DNA of 64,000 nucleotides from Acetobacteraceae bacterium (GTDB lineage Bacteria; Pseudomonadota; Alphaproteobacteria; Acetobacterales; Acetobacteraceae): NCBI GenBank assembly GCA_035535035.1, contig DATLQW010000184.1, positions 15,535 to 79,534 of the forward strand, read 5' to 3'. Shown piece by piece: positions 54,530 to 64,000 of this stretch (position 1 is its first letter; each line of letters starts with the position of its first letter). The notes under the pieces were generated by a model. It saw only the letters and a program-made list of their open reading frames with translations, ran no database searches and was not told where the DNA came from. The position numbers and the translations under genes were made by a program.

Positions 54530-55054
54530 ATGCAGTCCCAGGAGTTTCTTCTCCACCGCGCCCGCAAGATGCTGGGCGACGCCAACAGCAGCATTTTGGG
54601 GGTCGGCCGCATCTTGCAGACCGTCCTCAAGAAAGGCGGGTTCAACGATTTCTGCGAGGCCCTGCCGATGCACCACCGCAAGGCGCGGGACCTGGCCGCC
54701 ATCGCGGTGGCCGTTGACAAGCACCTGTTGGCAGAAAAGGACATTCTGGAACTGGGGTGGTCGAAGGCCCGCACCATTGCCGCCGGGGCCAAAACCAAGG
54801 CCGGCGCCAAAAAGGCTATCGCCTACGCGACCGTGCACAGTTCGGCCGATCTGGCGAAGTACCTCAAGACCGGCAAGCACAAGAAGCTGATCGCCAAGAC
54901 GTTCTTCCTGACGAAGGCCGAGGCCAACGAACTGGAAGAAGCCCTGCTGCGGGCCGGCGCCTCGATCAAGGGCGGCCGGTACGAAAACCGGGAAGAAGGC
55001 CTTATGACCATCGTACGGCAGTACGTCCACGCCAAACTGCCCCTGGCCGCGTAA
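54530..55054 (+). CDS. hypothetical protein
   Basis: AAGGAGGG RBS, 174 aa, lower GC. Confidence 0.5.
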   Translation: MQSQEFLLHRARKMLGDANSSILGVGRILQTVLKKGGFNDFCEALPMHHRKARDLAAIAVAVDKHLLAEKDILELGWSKARTIAAGAKTKAGAKKAIAYATVHSSADLAKYLKTGKHKKLIAKTFFLTKAEANELEEALLRAGASIKGGRYENREEGLMTIVRQYVHAKLPLAA

Positions 55055-55118
55055 CGTATTGACAGACCGTTGCGGCACGGCGCAGGGTCGCCCAGCGAAA
55101 CCAAGGGAGGCACAAGAG

Positions 55119-55598
55119 ATGGATCCCGCTGTGAAAGTTATGCTTCGGATCGGAGGCGTGGTGTTGTTGTTTCTTGGTGCAGTGTGGTTGGATGGTAGGG
55201 CCCACCACCCAGGTTTTACGGCACCCCGCGCTAAAACTGAGAAAACTTACATGGAACCGCTGTTCAAGATGGGGGCGCTTATTGGTTGCTGCGGCGAAGA
55301 CACCGTCACCATGTTCGTGAAAAACACATCAGACAAGGTTCTGACCGAGCTGATGTGGGACGCTCAAATAAAAGGCCCGCGACAAAACGAGACTGTTACT
55401 TTCCTGGTGAAGTATGTTGATCCTGGTGCCACAGTAAGCGATACCGCTTACACCCAAGACGCCCCCGCGCCCTACTCCACCACAGTGGTTGTTCGAGGGG
55501 TCAGTATCTGCATGATAAACGGAAAATACTATCGCGGCTGTTCAAGACTTATTGGAGAGGGTGATACGGTCACGCCTGTGCAAGTGCGTATCCCTTGA
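55119..55598 (+). CDS. hypothetical membrane-anchored protein
   Basis: AGGGAGG RBS. One N-terminal hydrophobic segment, VMLRIGGVVLLFLGAVWL. Confidence 0.45.
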   Translation: MDPAVKVMLRIGGVVLLFLGAVWLDGRAHHPGFTAPRAKTEKTYMEPLFKMGALIGCCGEDTVTMFVKNTSDKVLTELMWDAQIKGPRQNETVTFLVKYVDPGATVSDTAYTQDAPAPYSTTVVVRGVSICMINGKYYRGCSRLIGEGDTVTPVQVRIP

Positions 55599-55715
55599 TG
55601 CAGATATAGAACCCGCTGCACTCAATTGCACGCTGATCGCCCCACACAGGGGCACAAGGCCGCTTGTCCATACTGCCGCCATTAGGTTCTGCCCTACGAT
55701 ACCGTGGGGTGACCT

Positions 55716-56469
55716 GTGTCCGGCAACAGCGGCGACCTGCTTTTTACTGTAAAAATGCAAGACGAGGCGTCGGCCGCGTTCAAGCAGCTGTCGTCCAACA
55801 TCACCGATTTGGCCGTCGTAACGCGCGCCCTGCAAAACGCGCATGTGTCGGCGACAACCGCCATACGCGGCGCGACGACTGCTGTGTTGGCCCACAAAAC
55901 GGCTACCAAGGAGTCGGCCGACGAGTTGCGCGAGGCGTCCTACGTGGTGCGCCTATTCGCCTCGGCCCACAGCATGCTGGGCGAGAAGCTCCGCGAAGGC
56001 GCGATGTCTCTCGGCAAGTTCGGCACTGTGCTCGGGGAGATGGGCCCGGCCGGCATAGCAGCAGCCGGTGTTATCGGCCTTGTGGGCGACCGCTTGAAAG
56101 ACTCTGTGCAGTCTTACGCCCGGTTTGAAGCCCAAGGTGTACGCCTGAACGCCACTCTCAAGGCGTTGGGAGAACAAGGCAAAATATCGCTGGGAGGCCT
56201 GGACGCCGCTGCCCAGAAAGTGTCGCGCAACACGCTGTTTAGCCCCGATCAGATTATCCAGGGTGGCGTGGAAGTCGCCAAGGTCGCCGGCCTGACGGGG
56301 GACCAGATAAAGAAGCTGTTGCCCCAGCTTGCCGATATGGCGGCCTACATGGGTACGAGCATACCGGCAGCCGCCAACATGATGACCCGCATGCTGCAGA
56401 ACCCGATCATGGGGTTGATGTATCTGCAGCGGGTGACGCGCGATGTCACCCAGGCAGACCGGGAGCACA
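55716..56469 (+). pseudogene. phage tail tape-measure protein, N-terminal fragment only
   Basis: Ala/Gly-rich helical pattern typical of tape-measure N-termini (...LGKFGTVLGEMGPAGIAAAGVIGLVGDRL...). Reading breaks at the junction with host sequence near 56469. Confidence 0.55.
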
Positions 56470-57231
56470 ATTGCCGTCGGCTGTCCCTCCGAAGCCGTTG
56501 TCGGCGGTGATCGCCAGCTTCGAATCCGGCGTGACCACGACGTTGTAGGGGAACAGATAGATCGGCAGGTCGAGTTTGTTGTAGGTCACCTTGTCACCGT
56601 TCACGTCGAGCACTGCCACGTGGTTGTCCGGCGACTTGACCGCCAGGGCGTGCTTGCCGTCGGGGGTGAACTCGACCGTCGAGACGCTGCCGCCCATCGC
56701 GATCGTGCCGATCTGCGTCACCTGCGTGCCGGCGATCTTCAACACGCTGATCGTGCCGTCGGCGCGGTTGCACACCAGCGCGATGTCGCCCTTCGGACTG
56801 AACGACAGGCCAGAGGGCTGCTTGCCCAGCGTCAGCGTCTCCGCGAGTTTCGGCGGGTTGGCCTTGAGGTCGATGACGAACAGTTTGTCGGTCGGCACCA
56901 TCTTGCGCGTGCCGTTGTCGTCCACCACGGTCATCGAATCCGCCACCAGCGCGATGCTGTTGTCGGGCGAGATGGCAAGGTTGGTCGGCGGCCCGACGAT
57001 CGAGTTCTCGAGTTGCAAGGTGGCGACGATCTTCGGCGCCTCGGGCTTCGCCAGGTCAACGATCTGCACGGTGTCCTTGCCGCTCGGCGAGATAATCGGC
57101 TTGCCCTGATCGTCCCAGATGATCTTCTCGTCGTTGCCGACGATCATGTATGGCGCGGCGAGCGCGGTGTTGGCCGCAAACAGCAGGCCAACCGCGCTGG
57201 CGACGGCGTGCCGCAGCGTGGGTGACGACAT
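56470..57231 (-). pseudogene. N-terminal fragment of the YncE/lactonase-like beta-propeller gene (signal peptide present)
   Basis: Reads MSSPTLRHAVASAVGLLFAANTALAAPYMIVGNDEK......LAITADNGFGGTADGN, then runs into unrelated sequence. Confidence 0.6.
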
Positions 57232-57431
57232 CGGTTTCCCCCTTTGGTGTTTTTGGCGCGGCGAAGTGTGGGCGGGAACGGGAAGGTTCGCAAGTACACC
57301 TCGCCCGCGAAGCGGGAGAGGTCGCGATCCGTGGGCGGCGACGGTGAACGGGTCGGAACGTTGCACCTTCACCCGGCGCGGCGCGGCGCGTCGGTCCGTG
57401 TTGCGGCGCAACCCCGCTTCGCGGGCGAGGT

Positions 57432-57869
57432 TTACGCTTCGGCGAGCTTCCCCCACCCCGTGGCGCGTTCGATGCGTAGCGCGATCACCGGCAGCGGCGC
57501 CAGGTCCATCGTGCGATATTGCGGATAGCGCGCGCGCAGCAGCGCCTGGGCGCGGTCATGCTCCGCGCCGTCATGCAGGATCTCGGCACGGCCGCGCAGC
57601 ATCACCCAGGCCAGGCGGGTCCAGTCCTCGTCCCAGCGATCGACCGTAACCGCAACCGCCGGGTTGGCCTGGATGTTGCGCAGCCGCTTCAGCGGCACGT
57701 CCCGCCGCTTCGGCTTCTCGTCGATGGTGACGTAGAGCGTGGCGCCGGCGATCGCATAGCAAACCGGCACGACGTGCGGCGCGCCGCCGCCGTCCGCGGT
57801 AGCGAGATGGGCCACGCGTCCGGCGTCCAGGAAGCGGCGTTGGGCCTCGCTGAGCATGCGCGGCAGCAT
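57432..57869 (-). CDS. pyridoxamine 5'-phosphate oxidase-family (PPOX/F420-type) protein
   Basis: Contains RVAHLATADGGGAPHVVPVCYAIAGATLYVTIDEKPK. Confidence 0.65.
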   Translation of the reverse strand: MLPRMLSEAQRRFLDAGRVAHLATADGGGAPHVVPVCYAIAGATLYVTIDEKPKRRDVPLKRLRNIQANPAVAVTVDRWDEDWTRLAWVMLRGRAEILHDGAEHDRAQALLRARYPQYRTMDLAPLPVIALRIERATGWGKLAEA

Positions 57870-58288
57870 AGCCTGCCGGCCGAACGCCGCGCCATGTCCC
57901 GCCCCGAGATACAAGAGCGGCAAAGAAAGGCGGGGCATTTTCCGGAAAAGCCGACCTCGCATGTCGCAGGAAAGCCCTGCCACATTCGCCGCAAACAGCC
58001 GAACTCATTCCGGTGTTGCGCGTATCGGCCGCCGCGCCCTAATCACGCTGCGGCGCCGGGCGATGTCGGTGCCGATGAACAGGTGGCGTGGCGATGTGGC
58101 TCAGCTCAGGCTTCCGAGCACCCGGGAAACCCGGTGAGGTGCACGCCGGCGATGCCGCGAGGCCGCGCCCGGCGCTGGCCCGTCACCGTCACAATGGACG
58201 CGCGATCATGCGACAGATGCTTATTGCGGCGGCGATCGCGGCTGGCCTCGTGGCCCTCTGGGCGGCGCTGCTGCCGCTCGCCGCGTAA

Positions 58289-58921
58289 TCATTCGAACGC
58301 GGTCGGCAGCTCCGGCTGCCGCCAATGCGCGAACATGCGGGCGAGCTGGTGCGGCAGGGTGCGGCCGCGCGACAGGTCGTCGGGCAGCGCATCCTCGGCG
58401 AACCAGCCGGTGCCGCAGGTCTCCAGGCTGGTGGCCGGCGACCCGCCGGCCAGCGCACAAACGAACATCAATTTGACGATCGAGAACGGACCGGGCGGGT
58501 GGCCCTGCCGCGCCCGGTCCCACACCGCGGCGAGCTTCACGATCCGCGCGACATAGCCGGATTCCTCCGTTACCTCGCGCAACGCGCACTCGGCCGGGGT
58601 CTGGTTCACGTCCACCCAGCCGCCGGGCATCGTCCAGCGTCCGCCATCCTGCACCTCGCGGACCAGCAGGATGCGGCCCGCCTTGTCGAATACCGCCGCG
58701 CGCACATCCACTTTCGGCGTCGCATACCCGGGGTCGGAGGCGAACAACGCCTCGATGCGCTCGGCTGGAGCAGCGGTGCGGGCGGCCAGGATGCGCACGG
58801 CCAGGGCGCGCAACGCATGGTAGCGCTCGATGTCGTACGGGTCCTTGCAGAACGCCAGGCCGGTCTGCGCCGTCGCCTGGATTTCGCGCGCCCAAATCAG
58901 CCAGTCAGGTTCGGCGGTCAT
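58289..58921 (-). CDS. NUDIX hydrolase with N-terminal NUDIX_N-type domain
   Basis: The motif GGWVDVNQTPAECALREVTEESGY is the Nudix box. Confidence 0.85.
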   Translation of the reverse strand: MTAEPDWLIWAREIQATAQTGLAFCKDPYDIERYHALRALAVRILAARTAAPAERIEALFASDPGYATPKVDVRAAVFDKAGRILLVREVQDGGRWTMPGGWVDVNQTPAECALREVTEESGYVARIVKLAAVWDRARQGHPPGPFSIVKLMFVCALAGGSPATSLETCGTGWFAEDALPDDLSRGRTLPHQLARMFAHWRQPELPTAFE

Positions 58922-59046
58922 GAACCTACCTTCCCCGCGAAACGGGAGAGGTCAAGCCACGTCAACGCCGCGGCGGAGGGTAATCGGGCCGGCCGAATGC
59001 TCTGGGGTGACGGGCACGGATGGTTCCACGGTGGAAGCCGATGGTG

Positions 59047-59371
59047 CCTCATAAGCGTCTCGTTTCGCCGTGTGTGAGGTGATGGCGCACCGAATGAGAA
59101 GGTGGTGGAGCGGATGTCGCCCTTGGGGTCTGACATGCGGCGGATGCGGTGAGGCTGTGGCGTCTCATGGATGTCTCGTTCCGTGGTGGGTGAGATGATA
59201 CCCCATGGGATGAGAAGATGGTGGAGCAATACCTGGCTTTGGGGTGCAGCCGGCCTGCGGCGCGAGTGGCTTTCGTGGTTGTGGGAAGCGTGCGGCGGGG
59301 ACGGACTGGAACGTCTCATCGGTGTCTCGTTTTGCGGTATGGGAGACGGGACCGCGCGGGGTGAGAGGCGG
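59047..59371 (+). repeat. three further copies of the structured repeat of about 60 nt
   Basis: Copies at 59047-59105, 59162-59222 and 59313-59371 share (G)TCTCAT..GTCTCGTT(T/C)(C/T)G..GAGA..ATGAGA(A/G)G. Confidence 0.6.
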
Positions 59372-59523
59372 TTAGGGCCGGCGCGGGTTGCGGGCGGCCG
59401 GGGCCTCTTGGGTGTCAGCGAGCGGCGGGCGCAGCAGGGCGGTGAGGGTGTGCACGAGCTGGCAGCAGATGTGGCGCGGGAGCGGCAGGGTCGGGTCGGG
59501 GGTGTCCGCGTCGTTGGAGGTCG
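59372..59523 (-). pseudogene. truncated paralogue of the N-terminus of the 24112..24993 gene
   Basis: Own translation ATSNDADTPDPTLPLPRHICCQLVHTLTALLRPPLADTQEAPAARNPRRP-stop, compared with MTSIQTPQDPDPTQQLFAQTYYHLIHTLCALLPPPLIDTPDALLARN. No start codon. Confidence 0.4.
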
Positions 59524-59649
59524 CTCATCGGCGGATTGTGTGTCAGTTATGCTAACTAGGCCAGGGGGGGGGATTTTCAAATTGGGGCGCTGGGGCCGGA
59601 CCACTGGCAGGCGGGGCGGCCACGTCTCAGCAGGGTTGTTTCCAGTGGT

Positions 59650-60237
59650 CTATGCGAACAGCGAAGCCGCTGGAATCATCACGCCAGGTAGATCCTTAAC
59701 TTCCAGAATGCCGGAGGGCTCAACTCTTGTCACCGACTCGTATCGGTTGCCGCTTGGATTTCGCTGGACAAGCACGCCGTCCGTGGTCAGATCGACGATC
59801 CAGAACTCGCGGATTCCCGCCCTCGCATACAGTTCCAGCTTGGCCCCGCGGTCGGTCTCCAGGCTTGTGTCAGCCACCTCGACCAACAGGAAGATGTCCT
59901 CCGGCCGTGGGTGCGCGCCAGGATAACCGCGCCAGGGGCGCCTGACCAGGGCGAAGTCTGGTTGCGGTTCAGTCCCGTCGCCCAGTTCTATCGGATTCTG
60001 CACCCTGACCCAGGCTCGTCCGGCGACAGCTTTGATCAGCGACTCGTTGAGCGCATCGACGGCAAGCGCGTGGCGTGGCCCGATCGGTGACATGTCCACC
60101 AGTTGCCCTTCAAGGAGCTCGACACGATCGTCTTCGCCCAGAATGCGGGCCTCGCCCAGGCGATGATAGTCGTCCAGCGTCAAGCGGTGGCGGGGCACCG
60201 AATGGCGGCTCAGAATGTCGCCAGGGGCAGTGTCCAT
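59650..60237 (-). CDS. Uma2-family (DUF820) endonuclease; ORF is open upstream to 60711
   Basis: From MDTAPGDILS: LTLDDYHRLGEA...ELLEGQLVDMSPIGPRHA...PDFALV...LLVEVADTSLETDRG.K..LYARAGIREFWIVD. Confidence 0.7.
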   Translation of the reverse strand: MDTAPGDILSRHSVPRHRLTLDDYHRLGEARILGEDDRVELLEGQLVDMSPIGPRHALAVDALNESLIKAVAGRAWVRVQNPIELGDGTEPQPDFALVRRPWRGYPGAHPRPEDIFLLVEVADTSLETDRGAKLELYARAGIREFWIVDLTTDGVLVQRNPSGNRYESVTRVEPSGILEVKDLPGVMIPAASLFA

Positions 60238-60825
60238 GGTCAGGTTTCCGTGTTGCCAGTTGCACCATACTGACGCTCTTGGCCGTCCGCAAACGGCCGA
60301 GGTGGGGGAACATGAAGTTCGGCGCCAGTGCAGGGTCACCTCGACCTGGCCGGTCACCCGATAGGGGGCGGAATCAAATCCGACCTTGTGCCCCGCGACA
60401 CTCCCAGCGTCGATGTCGTCCAAGGAATAGCGGGAGGTCGGTTCGTCGACTTCCTGTAGCGTCTCGCCTGACGACGCATTGATAGCTGCGCCGCCCGGTG
60501 CTTCGGCTATCGGCGTAAGCACGGCTTCGCGGCATGCGTCCCCGAGCCTCTGGGCAACGAGAGCATCGAGAGTGTCTACGGGTGCGATACCTGTAATAAG
60601 ATGTTTGGGGATGGGATCGAAAACGACCTCGGTAACTGGTCCAAGCCAATGCGCAGTTTCGCTCCCGTCCGCGGCAAGAGCGGAGTGCCCACACTGAAGA
60701 AAGGCGGCCATGGTCCGGGCCGGCGGATCGAATATGGCGACGCCGGCTTTAGTGCCAACCGCCCGAAAGGCTGACTCGTCAGGCGGCCGGCCGTGCGCGT
60801 ACGTCAGTCTTTGGGGCGCCTGGAA

Positions 60826-61605
60826 TTACTCCGCCGACTCCGGCACCAGGACCGCGTCCTCGGCCTCGCCCACGTCCAGATCGGCGTCGGTCATCATGCG
60901 CCAGGTGCCGCCGACCAGGATCTCGCTGGGGCGGAAGCGCGACTTGTAGGCCATCTTGCGGCTCTCCGGCACCCAGTAGCCGAGATACACGAACGGCGTC
61001 CCGGCCGACTGCGCGCTCTCGATCAGCCACAGGATCGCGTAGGTGCCGAGCGAGCGTTTTTCCAGCCCCGGTGCGAAGAAGCTGTACACCGCCGATAGCC
61101 CGTCCCCCAGCCTGTCGGTCAGGCAGGCGCCTACCAGGCGGTCGTCGGGGTCACGGAATTCAACGATGAAGGTTTCGATCGGGGTGTCCTCGACCATGGC
61201 GCGGTAGTCGTAGAAACTCATGGTCGCCATGTCGCCCTCGCCGTGCCGCGCCTGCTGGTAGCGCTGGAAGAGCTGGAATTGCTCCGCCGTGGCGCGGGAA
61301 GGCACCTCGAATCCCTCAAGCGCGGCGTTGGCGCGGGCGATGCGGCGCAGCGTGCGGTCGGGCTGGAAGCTGGCGACCGGGATGCGGATCGGCACGCAAG
61401 CCTGGCAGGACGGGCAGACCGGAGCGTAGGCGATGTTGTGGCTGCGGCGGAAGCCGGCGCGCGACAGCCTGTCGTGCAGGGCGTCGGCATCCGGGCCGGT
61501 GATCTCGGTGACCACCTTGCGTTCGGTCCGTCCCGCCAGGTAGGGGCAGGGCAAGGGGGCCGTCGTGTAGAAGAATTGCGGCCGGCGCGGAGGTTTATAG
61601 CTCAT
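60826..61605 (-). CDS. bpt: arginyltransferase-family protein (bacterial Asp/Glu leucyltransferase Bpt)
   Basis: Start at MSYKPPRRPQFFYTTAPLPCPYLAGRTERK. Contains FRRSHNIAYAPVCPSCQACVP...YLGYWV. Confidence 0.8.
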   Translation of the reverse strand: MSYKPPRRPQFFYTTAPLPCPYLAGRTERKVVTEITGPDADALHDRLSRAGFRRSHNIAYAPVCPSCQACVPIRIPVASFQPDRTLRRIARANAALEGFEVPSRATAEQFQLFQRYQQARHGEGDMATMSFYDYRAMVEDTPIETFIVEFRDPDDRLVGACLTDRLGDGLSAVYSFFAPGLEKRSLGTYAILWLIESAQSAGTPFVYLGYWVPESRKMAYKSRFRPSEILVGGTWRMMTDADLDVGEAEDAVLVPESAE

Positions 61606-62111
61606 GCGTACGGGGACCCGCCTTGGATGTTCCCGTAGCCGAAGGGCGGGGTCAATGGCTGGACCGCCTCGGTGCGCACAACCACCAGCCCGCTCGCCAG
61701 ATCGTGCAGCGCGCGACGGCGGACCGTGACCAGCACGATCAGCAGCAGCAGGTCGAGGGGCGGGGCGAACGTCAGGTAGAACACGATGGTCGAGATCACC
61801 GCCTGGAGCGCCGTGGGCCGGCCGAGATCGTCGTTGCGCCGCACCAGCAGGCCAAGCATTCGCTGGCCCGGCGTGGCGCTGGACGGTGCGGCCAGAAACA
61901 GCACGTTGTAACAGAACGGCACGAAGGGCAGCAGCCCGAGCATCGGAAAGCCGAGCCCCAGCGTCAGCAGCCCGAACAGCATCAACGCCAGCCACAGCAC
62001 CAGCATGATCAGCGCGAGCAGCAGCAGGTCGAGGAACCAGGCGAACACGCGGCGCGTCACCACGCCTTGGGTGAGCAGGTCATCGTCCGGGACTGGCATG
62101 CGGTAGATCAT
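61602..62111 (-). CDS. RDD-family membrane protein
   Basis: Start at MIYRMPVPDD (ATGA overlap with the acylase stop). Hydrophobic segments and ...RRRALHDLASG. Confidence 0.65.
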   Translation of the reverse strand: MIYRMPVPDDDLLTQGVVTRRVFAWFLDLLLLALIMLVLWLALMLFGLLTLGLGFPMLGLLPFVPFCYNVLFLAAPSSATPGQRMLGLLVRRNDDLGRPTALQAVISTIVFYLTFAPPLDLLLLIVLVTVRRRALHDLASGLVVVRTEAVQPLTPPFGYGNIQGGSPYA

Positions 62112-64000
62112 GGGATCAGGTGGATTGTCGCGATGACGCTGGTTGGCTGCGGTCCGATGGTGATGGTAGCCCCATCGCGCCACCGCGTCATGAAATTCCG
62201 GCTGAGCCGGCTGAGCGGATTGCCGGACTGGCCGGGAGCGATGACGAACAGCGAGCGGTCGAGGTCGGCGAGGTCGTAAACTCCGCGATAGGCGGCGCCG
62301 TGTACCGAGGTGAAGTCGCGGAAGCGCGGGGTGCCTCGGTCTATGGTTGTGTCGTCGCCCGGGCTGGCGATCGACAGCGTGGTCAGCGCGCCGAGCAACG
62401 GGATGGCGCGCAGCATCGGGTGGGCGAACACCGCCGGATGGGCGGTGCCCCAGCGCCAGGCGGCCTGGTCCGGGCCGAACCGGGCGGAGAGTTCGTCCAC
62501 CGCGGTTTTCAGGGCCTCGGCCAGGGCGGCGTTGCAGTCGCCCCCGCACCAATGGGCACCGGGCGGCGACAGCACAAAGGCGACGAAGTCCGGCAGAGGG
62601 CCGCCGTCGGCTATCGGGATGCCGGCCTTGTGCAGCACCAGGGCATAGAACCGCATCATCCAGGCGTTGAAGATCAGCGGCTGCGGCGCGTCCATGGTCA
62701 TCGCGCCATCCCAGCCGCGCAGCAGCGTCTGTGCGTTGCCCGCGTGGCCGGGCTGCGGCGGCACCGCGAGCAAAACGGGCAGCACCTGTTGCGCGAAACT
62801 GCTCACCACGTCGGTCTGCATCCGGGCGAAGCCGGCGACGGTGCAGCAGCCGGGCGCATCCAGCAACTGGCGGATGCGGCGGGCGCGCCAGTCGCCGAAC
62901 CAGTCGCCGCCGAGGAACACCGGGAAGTCGGGCGGAGCGATGCGCTCGTTGGTGTTCACCAGCCGGCCGCTGGCCGGTGAGACGTAGTGCGGCAACTGGT
63001 CGCCGGACGCCCAGCCGATCCAGTCATGCGCGCCGTCGCCGCCCGGCACCGGTGCCGCGCCGTCGCCGGCGCGGCGGATCGGCACCCGCCCGGTGACATA
63101 CAGCGCGATGGTGTGCCGATCGGCCACCAGCAGGTTCTGCACCGGGGAGGTGATCTCCGCCGCGGCGGCACCCGCCTGCTGGACCGTTCGCGCGCGGTTC
63201 AGCGCGAACAGCCCGGCGGCGGCGGTGTCGCCGGGTGCGAGGCTGGCCATGGACACGGCCAGAACAGGGCCGTTGGAAGGGCTCTTGCCGCCGCGGCCCA
63301 GCAGGTCGCTGATCACCGGGCCGTGGCGGGTGCTCCGGACGGTCAGCACCTCGTCGGGCCGGCCGCGGACCTTGATGCGCTCCTGGCGGACGGTGAACGG
63401 CCGGGGGCCGTCCGGCGTCTGGTATTCGCCGGTGCCGACCGGGGTCTCGACGAACACGTCCTGGGTGTCGGCGCCGGTGGTGGTGAAGCTCCAGGCGATG
63501 TGGCCATTATGGCCCAGCACCAGCCCGGGGACTCCCGGGGCGGTGGCGCCCACCAACGTCAGGTCCGGCGTGTCGATGCGCGCGAGATACCAGATGGCGG
63601 GGAAGCCGAACGCCAGATGCGGGTCGCCGGCCAGCAGCGGCGCTCCGGTGGCGGTGTGCCGTCCGTCCACCGCCCATTCGTTGGAGGCGGAGTTAGGCAG
63701 GGTGAAGGGCGAGGGAAAGCGGGGCAGCACCTGCTCCAGCCGCGCGGCGGCGTCGGCGAACTGGCGCGGCAGGGACAGCGACGCCTGCGGGTGGCCGGGG
63801 CCGCTTTCGTCCGGCCACAGCTCGTCGATGAGTTGCCGCGGGACGCGGCCGGCCAGCGCCTGGCGCGACAACTCGGTGCGCCAGTTGAGCGACAGCCACA
63901 GGCCCATGGTCTTGGCCCAGAGCAGGGAGTCGACCGGGCTCCAGGGCTCGGGGGCGCCGAACAGCAGGAACTCCGGGGCGGCGAACCGGCCGCGCAGGGC
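62108..64000 (-). CDS. penicillin acylase-family Ntn hydrolase (possibly acyl-homoserine-lactone acylase), 5' end outside the window
   Basis: Contains the beta-subunit nucleophile motif NSASNEWAVDG. The reading frame is open to the window edge. Confidence 0.8.
   Translation of the reverse strand, partial: ALRGRFAAPEFLLFGAPEPWSPVDSLLWAKTMGLWLSLNWRTELSRQALAGRVPRQLIDELWPDESGPGHPQASLSLPRQFADAAARLEQVLPRFPSPFTLPNSASNEWAVDGRHTATGAPLLAGDPHLAFGFPAIWYLARIDTPDLTLVGATAPGVPGLVLGHNGHIAWSFTTTGADTQDVFVETPVGTGEYQTPDGPRPFTVRQERIKVRGRPDEVLTVRSTRHGPVISDLLGRGGKSPSNGPVLAVSMASLAPGDTAAAGLFALNRARTVQQAGAAAAEITSPVQNLLVADRHTIALYVTGRVPIRRAGDGAAPVPGGDGAHDWIGWASGDQLPHYVSPASGRLVNTNERIAPPDFPVFLGGDWFGDWRARRIRQLLDAPGCCTVAGFARMQTDVVSSFAQQVLPVLLAVPPQPGHAGNAQTLLRGWDGAMTMDAPQPLIFNAWMMRFYALVLHKAGIPIADGGPLPDFVAFVLSPPGAHWCGGDCNAALAEALKTAVDELSARFGPDQAAWRWGTAHPAVFAHPMLRAIPLLGALTTLSIASPGDDTTIDRGTPRFRDFTSVHGAAYRGVYDLADLDRSLFVIAPGQSGNPLSRLSRNFMTRWRDGATITIGPQPTSVIATIHLIP

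Overview
High-GC, alphaproteobacterium-like chromosomal segment. All family names are recalled from motifs read by eye; nothing was searched. Many long ORFs in the track are antisense or off-frame artefacts of the GC content and were discarded.

The backbone is ordinary metabolism: iorAB plus a cyclase, a HAD dehalogenase, a GMC oxidoreductase, moeB plus a DsrE-like gene, an M20 peptidase, gshA, rsmE, ubiA, an MFS transporter, a class III CoA-transferase, an LLM oxidoreductase, an acyl-CoA synthetase, a NUDIX hydrolase, bpt and a penicillin-acylase-family gene.

Accessory or unusual content:
1. A 15.3-kb integrative element in tRNA-Lys(CTT), bounded by 53-bp direct repeats. It carries an integrase, an HTH protein, a primase-like gene, a helicase with an in-frame amber codon, TerS/TerL, small coupled ORFs, a cold-shock protein, a NYN protein and a DUF4926/DUF6883 pair. 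It also has an amplified parB-like remnant full of palindromes.
2. A gene of seven tandem 17-aa Cys-containing repeats under clear purifying selection, followed by a DUF6065-like gene and flanked by a BTAD-TPR regulator. This is my best candidate for an undescribed peptide system.
3. A lower-GC two-gene cassette encoding a flavin amine oxidase with an extra N-terminal domain and large coiled-coil/acidic insertions.
4. A cluster of secreted Trp/His/Gly/Pro-rich repeat proteins.
5. A beta-propeller gene split by a 4.2-kb mosaic of phage remnants, plus an IS5-family element that has cleanly interrupted a 67-aa ORF.
6. A dispersed structured repeat family of about 60 nt at two loci, each 3' of paralogous gene copies.
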